Below, piece after piece: positions 23,191-35,595 of a stretch of 54,132 bases of DNA. The translations under genes were made by a program, and so were the position numbers. A model generated the notes under the pieces. That model saw nothing but the letters and a program-made list of their open reading frames with translations, was not told the origin of the DNA and did no database searches. How positions within the stretch are numbered: position 1 is the first letter of the stretch; each line of letters begins with the position of its first letter. Origin of the DNA: Rhizaria sp. SCN 62-66 (taxonomy: Eukaryota); the NCBI GenBank assembly GCA_001724265.1, contig MEDY01000193.1, forward strand, positions 1-54,132. The letters are read 5' to 3'.

Positions 23191-26100
23191 TCAGAACTGG
23201 CCGATGTTAGCATCGAAGCTAGCGTCAATAACACCCTGCGGCTGCTGCGGAGGCTGCATAAACTGCTGCTGCGGCTGCTGCATAGGGGCAGCACCAAAGT
23301 TGCTGTTGCTCATGCCCATGTTCATGTTGTTGCTACTCATCGCCATCCCCTGCTGCTGCTGCTGCATGGACATCGCCATGTTGTTATTGATGTTGAAATT
23401 GGGGTTGATCGAGCTGTTAAGCACAACAGGAGCGCCAAACTGCCCATGCTGCTGCTGCTGTTGCTGCTGGTGTGAGGGGGTACTTACACTGCCGCCAGCG
23501 TCAGCGGACATGAGCGAACCAACGTAGGGCTGCCCGCGCGCGCGCTCCTGCTCCTGCTCCTGCTCCTCGCGGGCCTGGACCCCCGCCCAGTCGACCGTGA
23601 CGCTTGCCCCCACGCGGAGGTACTCAGGATCTGCCTCTGCAATCTGCATCGCCTCAAGGAAGCGGGTGCGGTAAGCCAGCACGGTGTCGATGTGCTGGTT
23701 GTACTGCACCGCCAGCTGCAGTGCACGGGACCAGTTAAAGGTGCGGATGTTGAGCTTGACCGCACGGTGCACTGCGCAGAGGTGCGATAAAACACAATAG
23801 CAAATAGAAATATAGAAAGATATAGTACGTGTGGGTTAGAATGTTGAATGATATTATTATGCTGATGATAGCATATTTCAGATCTTTCTTATGGTTAGTC
23901 ATGTGTTTGAAAGTGAAGGCGCAGTGTTTGAAAGTTAGGTCGCAGTTTACGTACCGAGCCCGGCCTGAAGCAGCGTGCGCTCGGCCTCCTCGTGGTGCTT
24001 CGAGTACAGCAGTAGCTCGCTGGCGCGTGCCGCGGGTGACGGGAGCGACCGGATCTGCGTCATGTACTCGAGTTTGTCGACTTCCTCGAGAGCGGAGAAG
24101 GCGAGTTCGGCAACGTCGACCTGCTGGGACTGCACGGCCAGCACGGACAGGGCGGCCCACAGAGCGTCGGACTTCTCGCTCCGGCACAGGCTAAAGCAAA
24201 AGGAAAAAAAAAAACAAAAAAAAAACGGTAAACATCCAACGTGAGATATGGTCTCGTAAAAGCAAGCAAATCAACTTCGTTTCGATACAAAACATGTGTA
24301 ATACGATGAAACACAGCAAGGTCATTGATTTAGCACTTTAGAGTGCGCGATAAAGGATATATTGAGTGAAATGTGTGATAATAAAGCGTACCGCACGCAC
24401 TGCGCCCAGAGCCCCTGCGAGGCGAACTTGGACAGCAGCGCCGGGAAGGGCGAGAGCGCCAGAGTGACAGCGGCGCCGTCGAGACGGCGAACGGATGTGC
24501 GCTGGCCAGACACGCGAGTAATGCGGGGCAAGCGGCCCACGGTCACACCGCATTCGGTGCTGATGCGCGTGCGCTGCGCGATATCGCGGTCCTGAGAGGC
24601 AGGACCAAAAAACGGCGATGGTATATAAACACAGCAGCGAGAAATGTGAGAAGACGAAGTAAAGGGTGGCAGATTATAAACGCAGTTTCAGATGACAAAA
24701 TAATAATCATAGGTATAAATCCACTATTAAAATTCAAAAAAAAAACAAATCTAATGTTAAAACACGCCATATTAGCTGAGATTTCCCTTGTTTTGTGTTT
24801 TAGCATAAGACGCACCTGGTAGTAGGCGGCGGGGCAGATGAACGCGTGGTGCGTGCCGTCAGCGACTGCAACGAGGAGGTCCTGGGTCGAGTGCCACGCC
24901 GCCGAGTCGACCATGCCCAGCAGCTTCACCACGGTGCCCGGCGCGCCGCCCTTGAGCGCCTGTGCGAGATACAGGTCGCGGTTCCGGTCCAGGAAGTAAA
25001 GCCGCCTGGATGGAGGAATGCCACAGAGCAAACAGAGGAAACAGAGAACAAGAGGAAAAATAAAGGGGGAAAACGAATGTGAAAGTTGTGAGACAATAAT
25101 TCTTTGCTTGATATAATCGTAAAGTTCTGAAAATCCGACCCAAAATGTGCGATATGCGTATAATTCTGCTTCCATATAGATATACGCACCTCTCCGGGGA
25201 GAGCCCGGCCTGGTTGACGCCGATCTCGGTGATGTCGATGTCGTGCACAAGCGCCGCGGCGGCCGGCTTCCCGGTCAGCAGGTCGAGGATGTGGACGCGG
25301 CGACGCTGGGTGAGGTCGGAGACGATGATGACGTCGTCACCCAGGGACACCGTCGATGGCGACAGGAGCTCGGGCTTGATGCCCTATGACGGGACGAAGT
25401 GGCACAGTGACAAAAACAAGCATCAAGGCATAGAGAAGTGAGTCGGTAATATGATCGTTTTTAAACAGAAAACTAGGATATACTATGCACAATACAGTCT
25501 ACATCTTTGAATACAGTCTAAACACAGGTCATAATGATATATGGTAAGTATGAAAGCATACCTGGAGACGCGGCGAGCACAGCAGCTTGCCGTCATACTG
25601 AAACACGCGCAAGCCCTGAAGCGAGTCCGCCACAACAAACGCGTTTTTGCCCTGCACGATGAAGCTTGCGATGGAGCGCGACTCGATGATGTAGGGGGAC
25701 GCGAGCGCGTGCAAGGGGTAAATGCACAGCGACGTCGTGGTCGCGACGACGAGGTGACCGTGGGCGATCGACAGGTCTGTGATGCGGCCAGAGACCTCGA
25801 GCCTCTCCACTGCGTCGGGCAATGCAACGTCCCGCACCAGCACCTCGTTGCACGTGTTGGACGCGACCAGACACTCGATACCGTCCGCCTCGACGCGGCG
25901 GTGCGTGATGTCGGCGCGGTACACGGCACCCGAGGCGGCGGCGGCGGCAACGGTGGTGCCGTCGCGCGTCCAGTCGAGGCAGTAAAGCGAACCCGAGGTC
26001 GGGGTACTTACCCGGCTCAGGGACCACCCGGCGCGGTCGCACAGCACCAGCGACTCGAAGCTGCCGACTGCAAATACCCGGCCCGAAGGCGCCCAGCGCA

Positions 26101-27087
26101 CGGACGTCACGGGGAACTCGAGCGGCGAAGACTGGAAGAGGACGCGGCCGTAGGGATCCCAGACCTTGTAGGTGCAGTCCTCGCCGCCGGAGATGATGAG
26201 GTCGGTGATCGGGCACCAGTCGACGCACAGCACGGCGCCTGTGTGGGCCTTCCAGGCCGTCTCTTTCGCGCCTGGTGGCGAAAGACCAAAATCGAAACAA
26301 AAAGTAGAAAAAATGAATATTTGATGACAAAGATAAGTTCATATCGAAACAAAAAGACTTAGTATACAACAAGACGTTTTCTCTTTAAGAATTGGCAAAA
26401 ATAACAGCATTTATATAGAGCGACAAAAGAAAGCGTACCGGGAATAAGCGGCTTGATGATGAGGTCCTCGCCCGACGCAACCACAATGGCGTTCTGCGAC
26501 GGCGCCCATGCGAGCGCATACACACAGCCCGCTGTGGGGGCGAGACGCGAGCGCAGGTTGCCCTGTTGCGACCAGTGCTTGACGGCGCCGTCCTCGCCGC
26601 CGGTCGCCAACGCCGTCCCGTCGTGATTCCACGCGAGACACGTCACGCTGCCGTCGTGCGCCGCAAAGGAGCGGTCCAGGCGCCCGTTGCGGCCCATGAG
26701 CCGCACGGTGCCGTCGGAGCAGGAGACGGCGAAGGTGTCCTCCGCGGCGCCGCCGCGGGAGGTCACGCACCAGCGGAGCGCGGTGGGGCACGCGCCGGCC
26801 AAGTCCGCCACAGACGCGCTGCCTCTGCCGCTCGCCGCTGACGATGACGACGAGGAGGAGCCAGCGGTGGCGGCGGTGGTCGAGCTAGCGATGGCGTCGG
26901 CGTCGCGGGGGGCCTTGCGGATCATGCCGTCGTCGCCGGCCGAGAAAAGCTCGCCGTCAGAGGTCCAGGCAAGCGCAGTCGCGGCCTTGGAGTGCGTCAC
27001 AGGCACCACGGGGGCCACGGGCGCGGTGCCGCCGGAGCCGGAGGCGGAGGCGGCGGCGGTAGGGGTCTGCTGGAGGTTGAGCTTCAT
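23191..27087 (-). CDS. IFT80: Intraflagellar transport protein 80 (919 aa); exons 27087-26439, 26271-25562, 25383-25190, 25005-24816, 24591-24392, 24190-23955, 23771-23191
   Basis: WD40 motifs typical of IFT80: AHDGSVTCLAWNHDGTALATGGEDGAVKHWSQQGNLRS, WKAH..IISGGEDCTYKVWDPYGR, LDRNRDLY. The C-terminal region has AELAFSALEEVDK and NWSRALQLA..HIDTVLAYR. Six GT-AG introns splice in frame (2760 nt total). The gene ends in TGA. Confidence 0.95.
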
Positions 27088-28033
27088 CTTCTGCTTGCTG
27101 AGAGTCTGACACGCCTGCGGGGAACAGACGCGGGAGTGCTTGGGGATGAAACTGTGTGCTTGCGGTAGAGAAAGCGATGGGGTGGTCGCTTGTGGGAGGG
27201 TATGATGTAAAAAAGAAGGTGGGGGTGTCTGGGGGGAAGGCAAGGGAGCTGGCATGGTGAGGCAGAGGATTTCGAAAACGATTGGTGCTCAAGGCAAACC
27301 GAACAGGGGTCTGGTATCCGTTAAACGAAACAAAACAAAAATAAATGAAATAACACATGTGCGGAGTATACCATAGTCAAATAAAGATTCAAACGACGTT
27401 CAGACCATGCCACTACAGATACGACTTTTTGAAAGGCAGAGAGCAAGAGAGAGCAGAGGTAGTTGTCGATCGGTCGATCGGCCAGTCAGTCCAACTTCAA
27501 CGGCTAGTTCAACTGGGGATCGACGACTGGACTCTGACTGGCAAAGTAAGCCGCTGCTCACAGTCGGCCAACCTCGAGATAGCAGCCAGAGTGTCAGAGA
27601 GAAGGGAAATGATGGAAGAATTGAGCGGTGGATATCTCGCTGATCTTTCCGCCTGTGCATACTGTATACTGCTACCAGAGAGAAAATGCTGTTAATTACG
27701 CTTATTAATTTTTCTTTTTTCTCATGAACCCGTTCTTGAACCTTTGTTTCGAATTTCCTTGCACCCCACGCCACACAGCTCCCCAGCGAGCCTATAGTCC
27801 GCCTCCGCTTGTTCCTACAACAACAGCGCTGACGTTAATCCAACTTCCGACAACGCGTACGCGCGTCTGGTTTTACAGACTCGTTTCCTGCAAAGTTTCA
27901 CCGCGAAACTCTTTTATCTTCCCCTGCAACGAAGCTTCACAAGTTTCAGCGCAATCCTGCCGAATCTCGCGCTCTAAACCGCAGCCTTTGTTGTGTGACG
28001 TAACAACAACAAGTCACACACCCCGCACGCAAG
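27088..28033. promoter_or_regulatory. Divergent promoter region between IFT80 and DMAP1
   Basis: Head-to-head start codons about 950 bp apart, with lower GC than the exons. Confidence 0.5.
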
Positions 28034-31000
28034 ATGTCTGACATCGCGGACATCATGGGCATGGGCCAGCGCCCCACGGCCGCCGCAGCCGCCGAAGCCC
28101 AAGCTCTGTCTCTAGCAACACACAACACTTCTGCTGTAGGCGGTGGAGGCACCAGCGCGAATGCGACGTTCCTCGCCCCCTCGGCCTCCAGCTCCGGCTC
28201 TGTCCCCGGCACCGGCACCAACACTGCGCAGACAGGCCCCTTGCCTCTTGCTGGCGGGGCGATATTCTCAGCCACGAAGAAAAAAGTGCGCAAGGTGCCC
28301 CGTGAGGTGGCATCGCTGATGCTCGGTTACGACGACCACCCAATCTACGAGCTGCAGGTACGCTATTTTCACAGCTTTGATGCCCGATATAGTTGCATAT
28401 TGCGATAAAACTTTGCTTTATTCTATACCTTGCCATTATTTATCTGTGGTTTAATTTTTTGTTTATAGATCTTAATATCCTCCAAGTTTTCTATACCTCA
28501 CTGATTCTTTCTTTCTCTCTCTCTTTCTCCGTGGACTCATTCGCTTTCTGTTGCGACCGCTCTAGGCCGAGGAACAGGCCCGCAAGGCCGCCCTCTCGGC
28601 TGCCACGGCCGCGGGCGTTAAGGGCAAGTTCAAGCCGGCCGTTAAGTGGCGTTGGGCGCCCATCATCTCCTCCTCGCGCCGCCGCGTCGTGGCAAACCCG
28701 GAGTCCGATATGCTCTCGCTCTACCACTGGAGCAAGACAGAGTCCGAGGCCATGGACTATCGGTTCGCGAAAAACCACAAAATGATTAAAATGGTCGACT
28801 ACACGGACGAGGAGTACCAAATGTTCGGCACCGTTGACCCCAGCTGGACGCGGGAGGAGACGGACGCGCTCTTTAAGTTAAGCCGGCGGCTCGACTTGCG
28901 CTTCCTTGTTGTTCAAGACCAACTAGACGACTATCTCAGCATCAAGAGCAACGCCAACAGTTCTAGCAGCTCTAACAGCACCAATAGCTCATCGAGCAGT
29001 AGCTCTGTTGCCATGACTGACGACAGCTCTAGCTCTAGCTCAATCTCAAGCTCTAGCGCTAGTGCGAGTGCTCCAGATTCTACTGCAACGGCTGCTGCTG
29101 CTGCTGGTGGCAGTGGTGGTAACCGTCGCGGTCGTTCTGGTGCTGCGAAAAGTGGAGAGGTGACCGTGAGCGCCGTCAACGCGGACAGCTTCACGATCAA
29201 GCCGGAAGAGCTAGAGCAAGAGCTGCTGCGTCAACAACAGCAAAACGCCACCAATACGAATCCTAATGGTCGCAGTAGCAGCAGCAGAGCTAATGTAAGT
29301 TTATTCTTTGGCCAACCAGTGAACTGCAACGCCTCCAGTAGTCATATCAGCAACAGCTCTACTATGAGTGCGAGTGGCAGTCATGGTGTCACGACAGCTG
29401 ATGCTGTTGCTTTGCTGCTGCAACAACACAATAGCACTGGCTACAGCTCTCGTCCCTCTTCTCGCCGCAACTCTATTGTCAGCAACAACAACAATTATAA
29501 TAATAATAACAAAAACACGTATGGTGCTGCCGCTGTTGCTGCTGCGAATGCTCCGACCAACATCAAAGTTAAGCCGGAGCCTGGCTTGGAAACAAAAGAT
29601 GACAGCAACAACGACGACAACGATAATAACGCTGCTTTAAGCTCGAATGCTAATAATGCAACTGCTGTCTCTTCCCGCCTCCCGAGCCGGACGTTGGAGG
29701 ATTTGAAGCTGCGTTTTTACTCTCTACAGTACTTGCTCCTGCGCCACCGCGCGGCCCACTTAGAGGATGTAAGTGCCCTCCCGGCGGCCTCCATTCCGTT
29801 TGAGGCCTACTTGGAGACTGTGCGCAAGCGGTTCGACGACGTGCAGACGCGGTCGGCGCTGTCAAAGCCGCCGCCGCCGCTGCCGCCGCCGCCGCCGCCG
29901 CGGCCCTTGCCCGCACTCATCCCGCCCGAGAGCTACGACCGGCAGCGTTGGCTGGGAGCCGCCAAGGCCGCCGCCGCCGCCGCTGCCGCCGCAGATGCTG
30001 ATGCGGCTGCTGCGACGGGGGACGGTGACAACGGTGTCAAGGCGGAGGGCGCGGATGTTAAGCCGGAGGGCGGGGATGTTAAGCCGTCTTCCGCTGCTGG
30101 TGCTGCTGCTGCTGCTGGGGGGAGGAGGACGAGTGGCCGGAATGTTAGTGCCCCCTTACCCACTGGTTCAACGCCCGCGAAGGGTAAGGGTGGCAAGGCC
30201 TCCTCCTCTAAGGGCGGTGCCAAGGGCAGCTCTAAGGGCAAAGACAACGATGACGCTAATGCGTCTGAGAATGACGACGACAACAACAGCAGTAGCGACA
30301 AGAGTGACGCCGACGACGAGGACGAGGACAAGGCGCCCAAACTTAAAGTCGAGGCCGAGGAAGATGATGGCATCGAAGAGGTACGCATTCATGCAGATCT
30401 CTTCCAAACAACAACAAAACTGCTGATTCCTTTTTACATTTCTCACATTAAATTATATCTTGACATTTTTTTCTCTAATTTTTCTCACAAATGATGATAT
30501 TTCAGGGCAAGCCGAACCCGCGCGCGTGGACGTACCCCCTCGAGTTCCCTCCCCACAGCACCAGCGCCGTAAGTCTGCTCACCGAGCTCGGCCTCCCGAC
30601 CGACACCAACATCAACACGCTGCTGACTGCGTTCGAGAACGAGAGCAAAGCGCTCGACGTCGGCATCAAGCGCGTGCGGAAGGCGTTCGCGGAGGGAGAG
30701 AAGCAGCAGAAGAGGCGGCTTAAGTTCCTGCAGAAGCAGGAGGCGCAGATGTTGAAGCTCGCGAATAAGGCTTCGGCTAAGGGGGCCCGGAAGGGCGGCG
30801 CCTTCGGCAAGAAGGGCGGCTTGACTTCCGGCGCCGAGGGGTACTTAGACGGAACTACCGGCGGCGCTGCTGCGGGTGGTGGCAGCGGTCACAGCGCCAA
30901 GAGGCATGGTTTCGCTGCTTTTGGCGGCGACAACGACGAGGACGATAGCGACGGCAACAACAACAACGATAACAGTGACGACGATGACACCGTGGACATC

Positions 31001-33196
31001 GAAGACGAGCATATCGCCGCGTCTAAGGGGGTCAAGCGGGCTAAGGGGGGGCGGCTTACTTTACTGCCTTCGCCCTCAGTGCCGGTGAACCCGCTCACGA
31101 CTCCATCTAAGGGTGGCGCCAAGGGCAAGGCTAAGGGCTACGGCGGCGGAAGTCAGGTCGCGTCGCACCTCAGCAGCAACCCCATCTCTCCGTCCTCGTG
31201 CGCGGCCATCAACGCCCTCGCCCGCAAAGCCAAGGGCGGCAGCAATGATCAGCAGCAACAGCAGCAAGACGAGGAAGAGGAGGAGGACTACCTCCTGACT
31301 CTGGGTCCCGGGCCGAAGCACCGCGGCGGCCCCCGCAAGCCTCCGACTGACCGTGAGCGTGACCGTGAGCGGGCCGCCCACAGTCACTTCGTCAGCGCAG
31401 TCCTGGGCGGACCAGTGCTGGGAGGCGGAATACATGGCGCTCACGGTCACTTTGACGCGGACGAGGCGTTTACCGATGGGAGCTGTTACAGCAGTGAGGG
31501 CGCCGGCGGCTTAACTTCGTCGTCGTCGTCTTCTGTTTCTGCGCGTGGCCGTGGTGGCGGCTTAGCTCCGATCCCACTTAGAATCGCGGCCCTTAGCCCC
31601 TTCCAGCCCTTACCCAGCGGCACTCATCTGAGCTCTCTCTCCTCGCCCCCTTACAACTACCCGCTCCTCCTTACAGCCCACGGTCTCCCGCGGCGTCCCT
31701 TCGAACAGGCCCTCACCGACACGGGCATCCGCAAGTTCTGGCCCCTCGCCGTCCCCTCGTCCGCCAGCGTGGCCAAGGGTGTCGAGCTCCGCAAGGCGCT
31801 CGCGCAGGCCGTCTTGCTCCAGGCGCGGCTTAACTTACGGCTCAAGGTGCTGAGTGCCGCAAAGGAGGCCAAGGAAGCGAAGCTCGCCGCCTTCGCTGCA
31901 GCTGGGGGTTCTAGGGGCGGCCTGGCGCTTACATCGAGTCTAAGTACTTCTGGTGCTGGTGGCGAAGCGCCGCTCAGTCCGATCGCTCTCTCTGCCGCCT
32001 CTAGCAGCAACAACAATCTCAGTGGCGCCTTTGCTGCTGTCGCGACTGTTCCTGTCGCTGGTAATGCTAGCGCGATTGGGAAATCTAAGGGCGGCAACTC
32101 GCTCGGGGTACTAAGTGAGGCCGTCGCCGCCGCCGGTGTAAGTGTGGCCGTGAGCACTGACATCTGGGAGTCTCAGGGGCTGCTATGTACCCCCTTAGAC
32201 GGCGGTGTAAGTACCCACCTCAGCATTGTGTTTAACAAGGCCTCTCTCAAGTGGGCCAAGTCGCAGGCGGAACTCATGGCCATGAGCGCCAACACTGTCC
32301 AGCAGCAACAAGCAGTGCCGTATCACATCAGCAACCCTCACAACGCGAATACTAATATCAATGCCAGCGCCAGTGCCAGTGCCAATGCGAGCGCTCAAGG
32401 TGTGAATGCGCATCCGAGTAGTGGTGTTTTCACTGGTGGGGACAAGTCAACAGAGCAAGGACAAATCTTCGCTTCGTTACCGCCGCAGCAGAACGGCGGC
32501 TTAACTTCAGGCGGTGCCAGCGGCTCCACCTTAGGCACTGCCGCGGCTAAACTTAGCCCAGAAGACGACGCTGGCATCTGTCTGTTCATCGCAGTATGCG
32601 CGCCCCTGCTGCCCTTTATGGCGCTGGCGCGGAAGCAGCCCAACACCAGTGGCTGCGGCGCTACTAGTGAAGATGACATTGCTGATGTCGATGCTAACGC
32701 GATGGTGGCGATGAGTGATGAGGCCAACAGTGCGAGTGCGAGCAAGAAGCCCAAGGTTCTATTGATGGGCGACGAAGACGACTGTTATAACGCAGAGACA
32801 GATCATATCGACTATAACTCACGCCCTCATCACACTGGCAGCAACAACAACATTAACGGCATCACTAACAGTGCACGCCCTGGCTCTAGCAACGATTCTA
32901 AGACGATGGCTACTAAGAGTAAGAAGAGCTCGAGTGCCAACCCTGGTTTGCGCATGTACTTAGACAGTCTCAGTACCCCCTTAGACGGCGACTTCGAGAT
33001 CGTCGAGCGTCACAGCGGCGTCGTCGCTGTGCTGTGTCCGAACAACGGCATCGCTCTGGTGGCTGCACAGTCACTCCAGCAATGCCTGCAACTGCAGCAA
33101 CAGCAGCAGCATCAGCAACAACAGCAGCAGCAGCAGTTGCACTTGCAGTCTCCAAGCAGTCCCGCGAGCCACAACGTCACTCCGGTTGATAACAGC

Positions 33197-33227
<31 letters not shown>

Positions 33228-35077
33228 GCAGCAATGCAGCAGCTAGTGCAAGCGCATCTTCTGCTTCTGCTTCTACGTCTGCGTCTGCGTCGTTGAATCT
33301 CAGTAGTGCCGCATCGTATGCTGCCGCCAAGCTCCCTAAGTGGAGGTCTCTGTCGTTCCATGCGGCTTTACTTAAAGTTCGGCCGCACCCCCACCACGCG
33401 CAGTCGTCGTCGTGCCTCTACTTGGGGCCCGGTACTTACATGACACTCAGCGGAAGTCAGGCCGCTTACTTACCCCCTGCCGCGACCCTTACATCGCCCG
33501 CTGCCTCGTACACCATCCAAGAGTGTTTAAGTAGCAACGGCAGTGTCAGTATCTCGAGCAACAGTATTGTTGCCCTGTGCGGAAGTGTGTTGGCCTACTA
33601 TCCCAGCTACTTACTCACGTCTCTGCGTAAGTACTACAACAATCTAAGTACCTCCTCCTCTGCCTCTAGTGCTCATGGTGTAAGTGCTACGGATGCTTCG
33701 AGCAACGACGTCCCTCCCCCTTACATGGGGCACTTGGCCGTGCCGACCGCCGCCCTCGCCGCCCTGCCCCCGCCGCCGCCGCCGCCGCCGGCAACGACAA
33801 CGCCACCTTCCCTCTCCCACAACAACAGCAGCAGCGCTGCAGCTCTCAACCCCGCTGCCGCTGGCACTGGCAACGGCGGTGGCAGCAGCGTTGGCAGCAA
33901 CCCCCTTAGTGGCGGCGGCGAGAGTGTAAGGGGGGGCATGAGTGCGAGCGCGCTTGTAAGTGGCCATCATCAGGAAGCTAAGCCGCGTCGCGGCCGGCCT
34001 AAGGGCTCTGGCACGAAGCAAAAGGCGCAACAGCAGCTTCAGAACAACAACGACGCTTTCAACAGCAACGCTAACGGCTTCATCAATCCTAACAGCTTGT
34101 ACGGCAATGCAGGTGGTTATGCCAATACGACAGGAGCGATGATGACGATGGGCAGTGGGAGTGAGTTTGACCTCAATACTATCACTGCGTTGTACGGCGT
34201 CAATGTCAGTACCCTACTCCCCACGGCCCTTACATCCGACTGTGTCACCAACCTGCCCCTGACCCTGCCGACGACCCTCACCATCAGCACGCCCAGTCTA
34301 AGTACCACAGACCCCAGTCTAAGTACCGCCTCATCGTCCTCTCTGTCGACTGTAAGTGTCGTGGTGACCCACCCAGCCCGTCTAAGTACCCTCGCGGCCG
34401 CGGCTTACCTTTCCTCCCTCGCCCTGTCCCCGTCGGTCACGGCCCTCGCGCAGCGCACGCAGCTTGACTGCAACGCGCTCGCGTCACTGCCCACAGCACA
34501 GCTGCAGTCGTTGCTGCTGTCGTCTATGGTGCCCTTCGCGCCCCCGCCCCATACTACAGGAGCGGGGGCGAGTGAGACTGTCAACCCCCTCGATCCCTCT
34601 GACTCGGCCACTGCAACTCAACAACAGCAGCAACGGGAGGCCGCGGCAGCCACTGCTCGCGCCGCCGCGCTTGACCAGCTGGTCTCCGCGACCGACGCAG
34701 CCACGGGCGCGGGCTACAGCCTCAAACTCTGGCAGTATGAACAATATCTGTCCCTCGCGGCGGCGGCCGCGGCGGCCACTGCGGCGGCGGCGAGCGTGGC
34801 CGTGGGGGCGGGGACTGTGAGCCCGCTGCTCACGGTCACTGGCACCATCGTCTCCACCACGAACGCCACAAGCGTGAGCAACAGCGGCGCAGAGCAGACC
34901 GACGCAGAGAGTCAGAGTGCGGCAGCGGTGGGGTCGAGCATTGTGGTGAGCGCGGCGGAGGCGTACCAGGCGCTGGCGCAACAGCAGCAGGCGCAGTCGC
35001 AGGTGCTGGTGCAGCAGCAGATACAGGTCATGGCGCAGGTCGACGCAGCTGCCGCACTGGCGTTCAACATGGTGTAA
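28034..35077 (+). CDS. DMAP1: DMAP1/SWC4 (NuA4/SWR1 subunit) homologue expanded to ~2236 aa; exons 28034-28357, 28566-30380, 30506-35077
   Basis: It starts MSDIADIMG and contains VPREVASL, KWRWAP..SSR, LYHW, DYRFAK, YTDEEY..WTREETDALFKLSRRLDLRFLVVQD and RTLEDLKLRFY (SANT). Introns 28358-28565 and 30381-30505 are GTACG..AG. The gene ends in TAA. Confidence 0.85.
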
Positions 35078-35595
35078 CGAACAGAACTGAAGACAGAACA
35101 CGGCAAGCAACAATGAGAGCAACACGACGAAACGTAGTTGTGATAGATCTCTTAGTTTTTGTTGGTGCAGGATATAATAGCTCATTTACGATAGTCTTTA
35201 TTTCAGTATATACTAGAATACATAACATTTGATTCTCTTCCTTTCGGTTATCCTCGTCAAGGTGTGACTTTAATGGTATCGTCGCCGTGTCAAAAGTAAT
35301 TCGTGGCTGGGGCCAAATCAAAGAGAGATTGAATCGGGGCTGGTTGGCTTTAAGAGCAGCTGTGTATCTATGTCATTACACCATTGCTCGAACTTTAGCA
35401 GCGATAACTAGAGTTCAATAGAAGAAAATGCGGTGGTGTTTAATTCTTTTCTGACATTCCCTTGCTTTACCCTCTTAAATCATATGCTCCGCACACAGAC
35501 ACCACCCCCTTGTGCCAGCCCTGCCTTGCAGCCGCCTCCTTCACTCTCCCACGAGCCCACAGTCCCTCTGAGACTTGCCCGCTGTGAGAGACACG

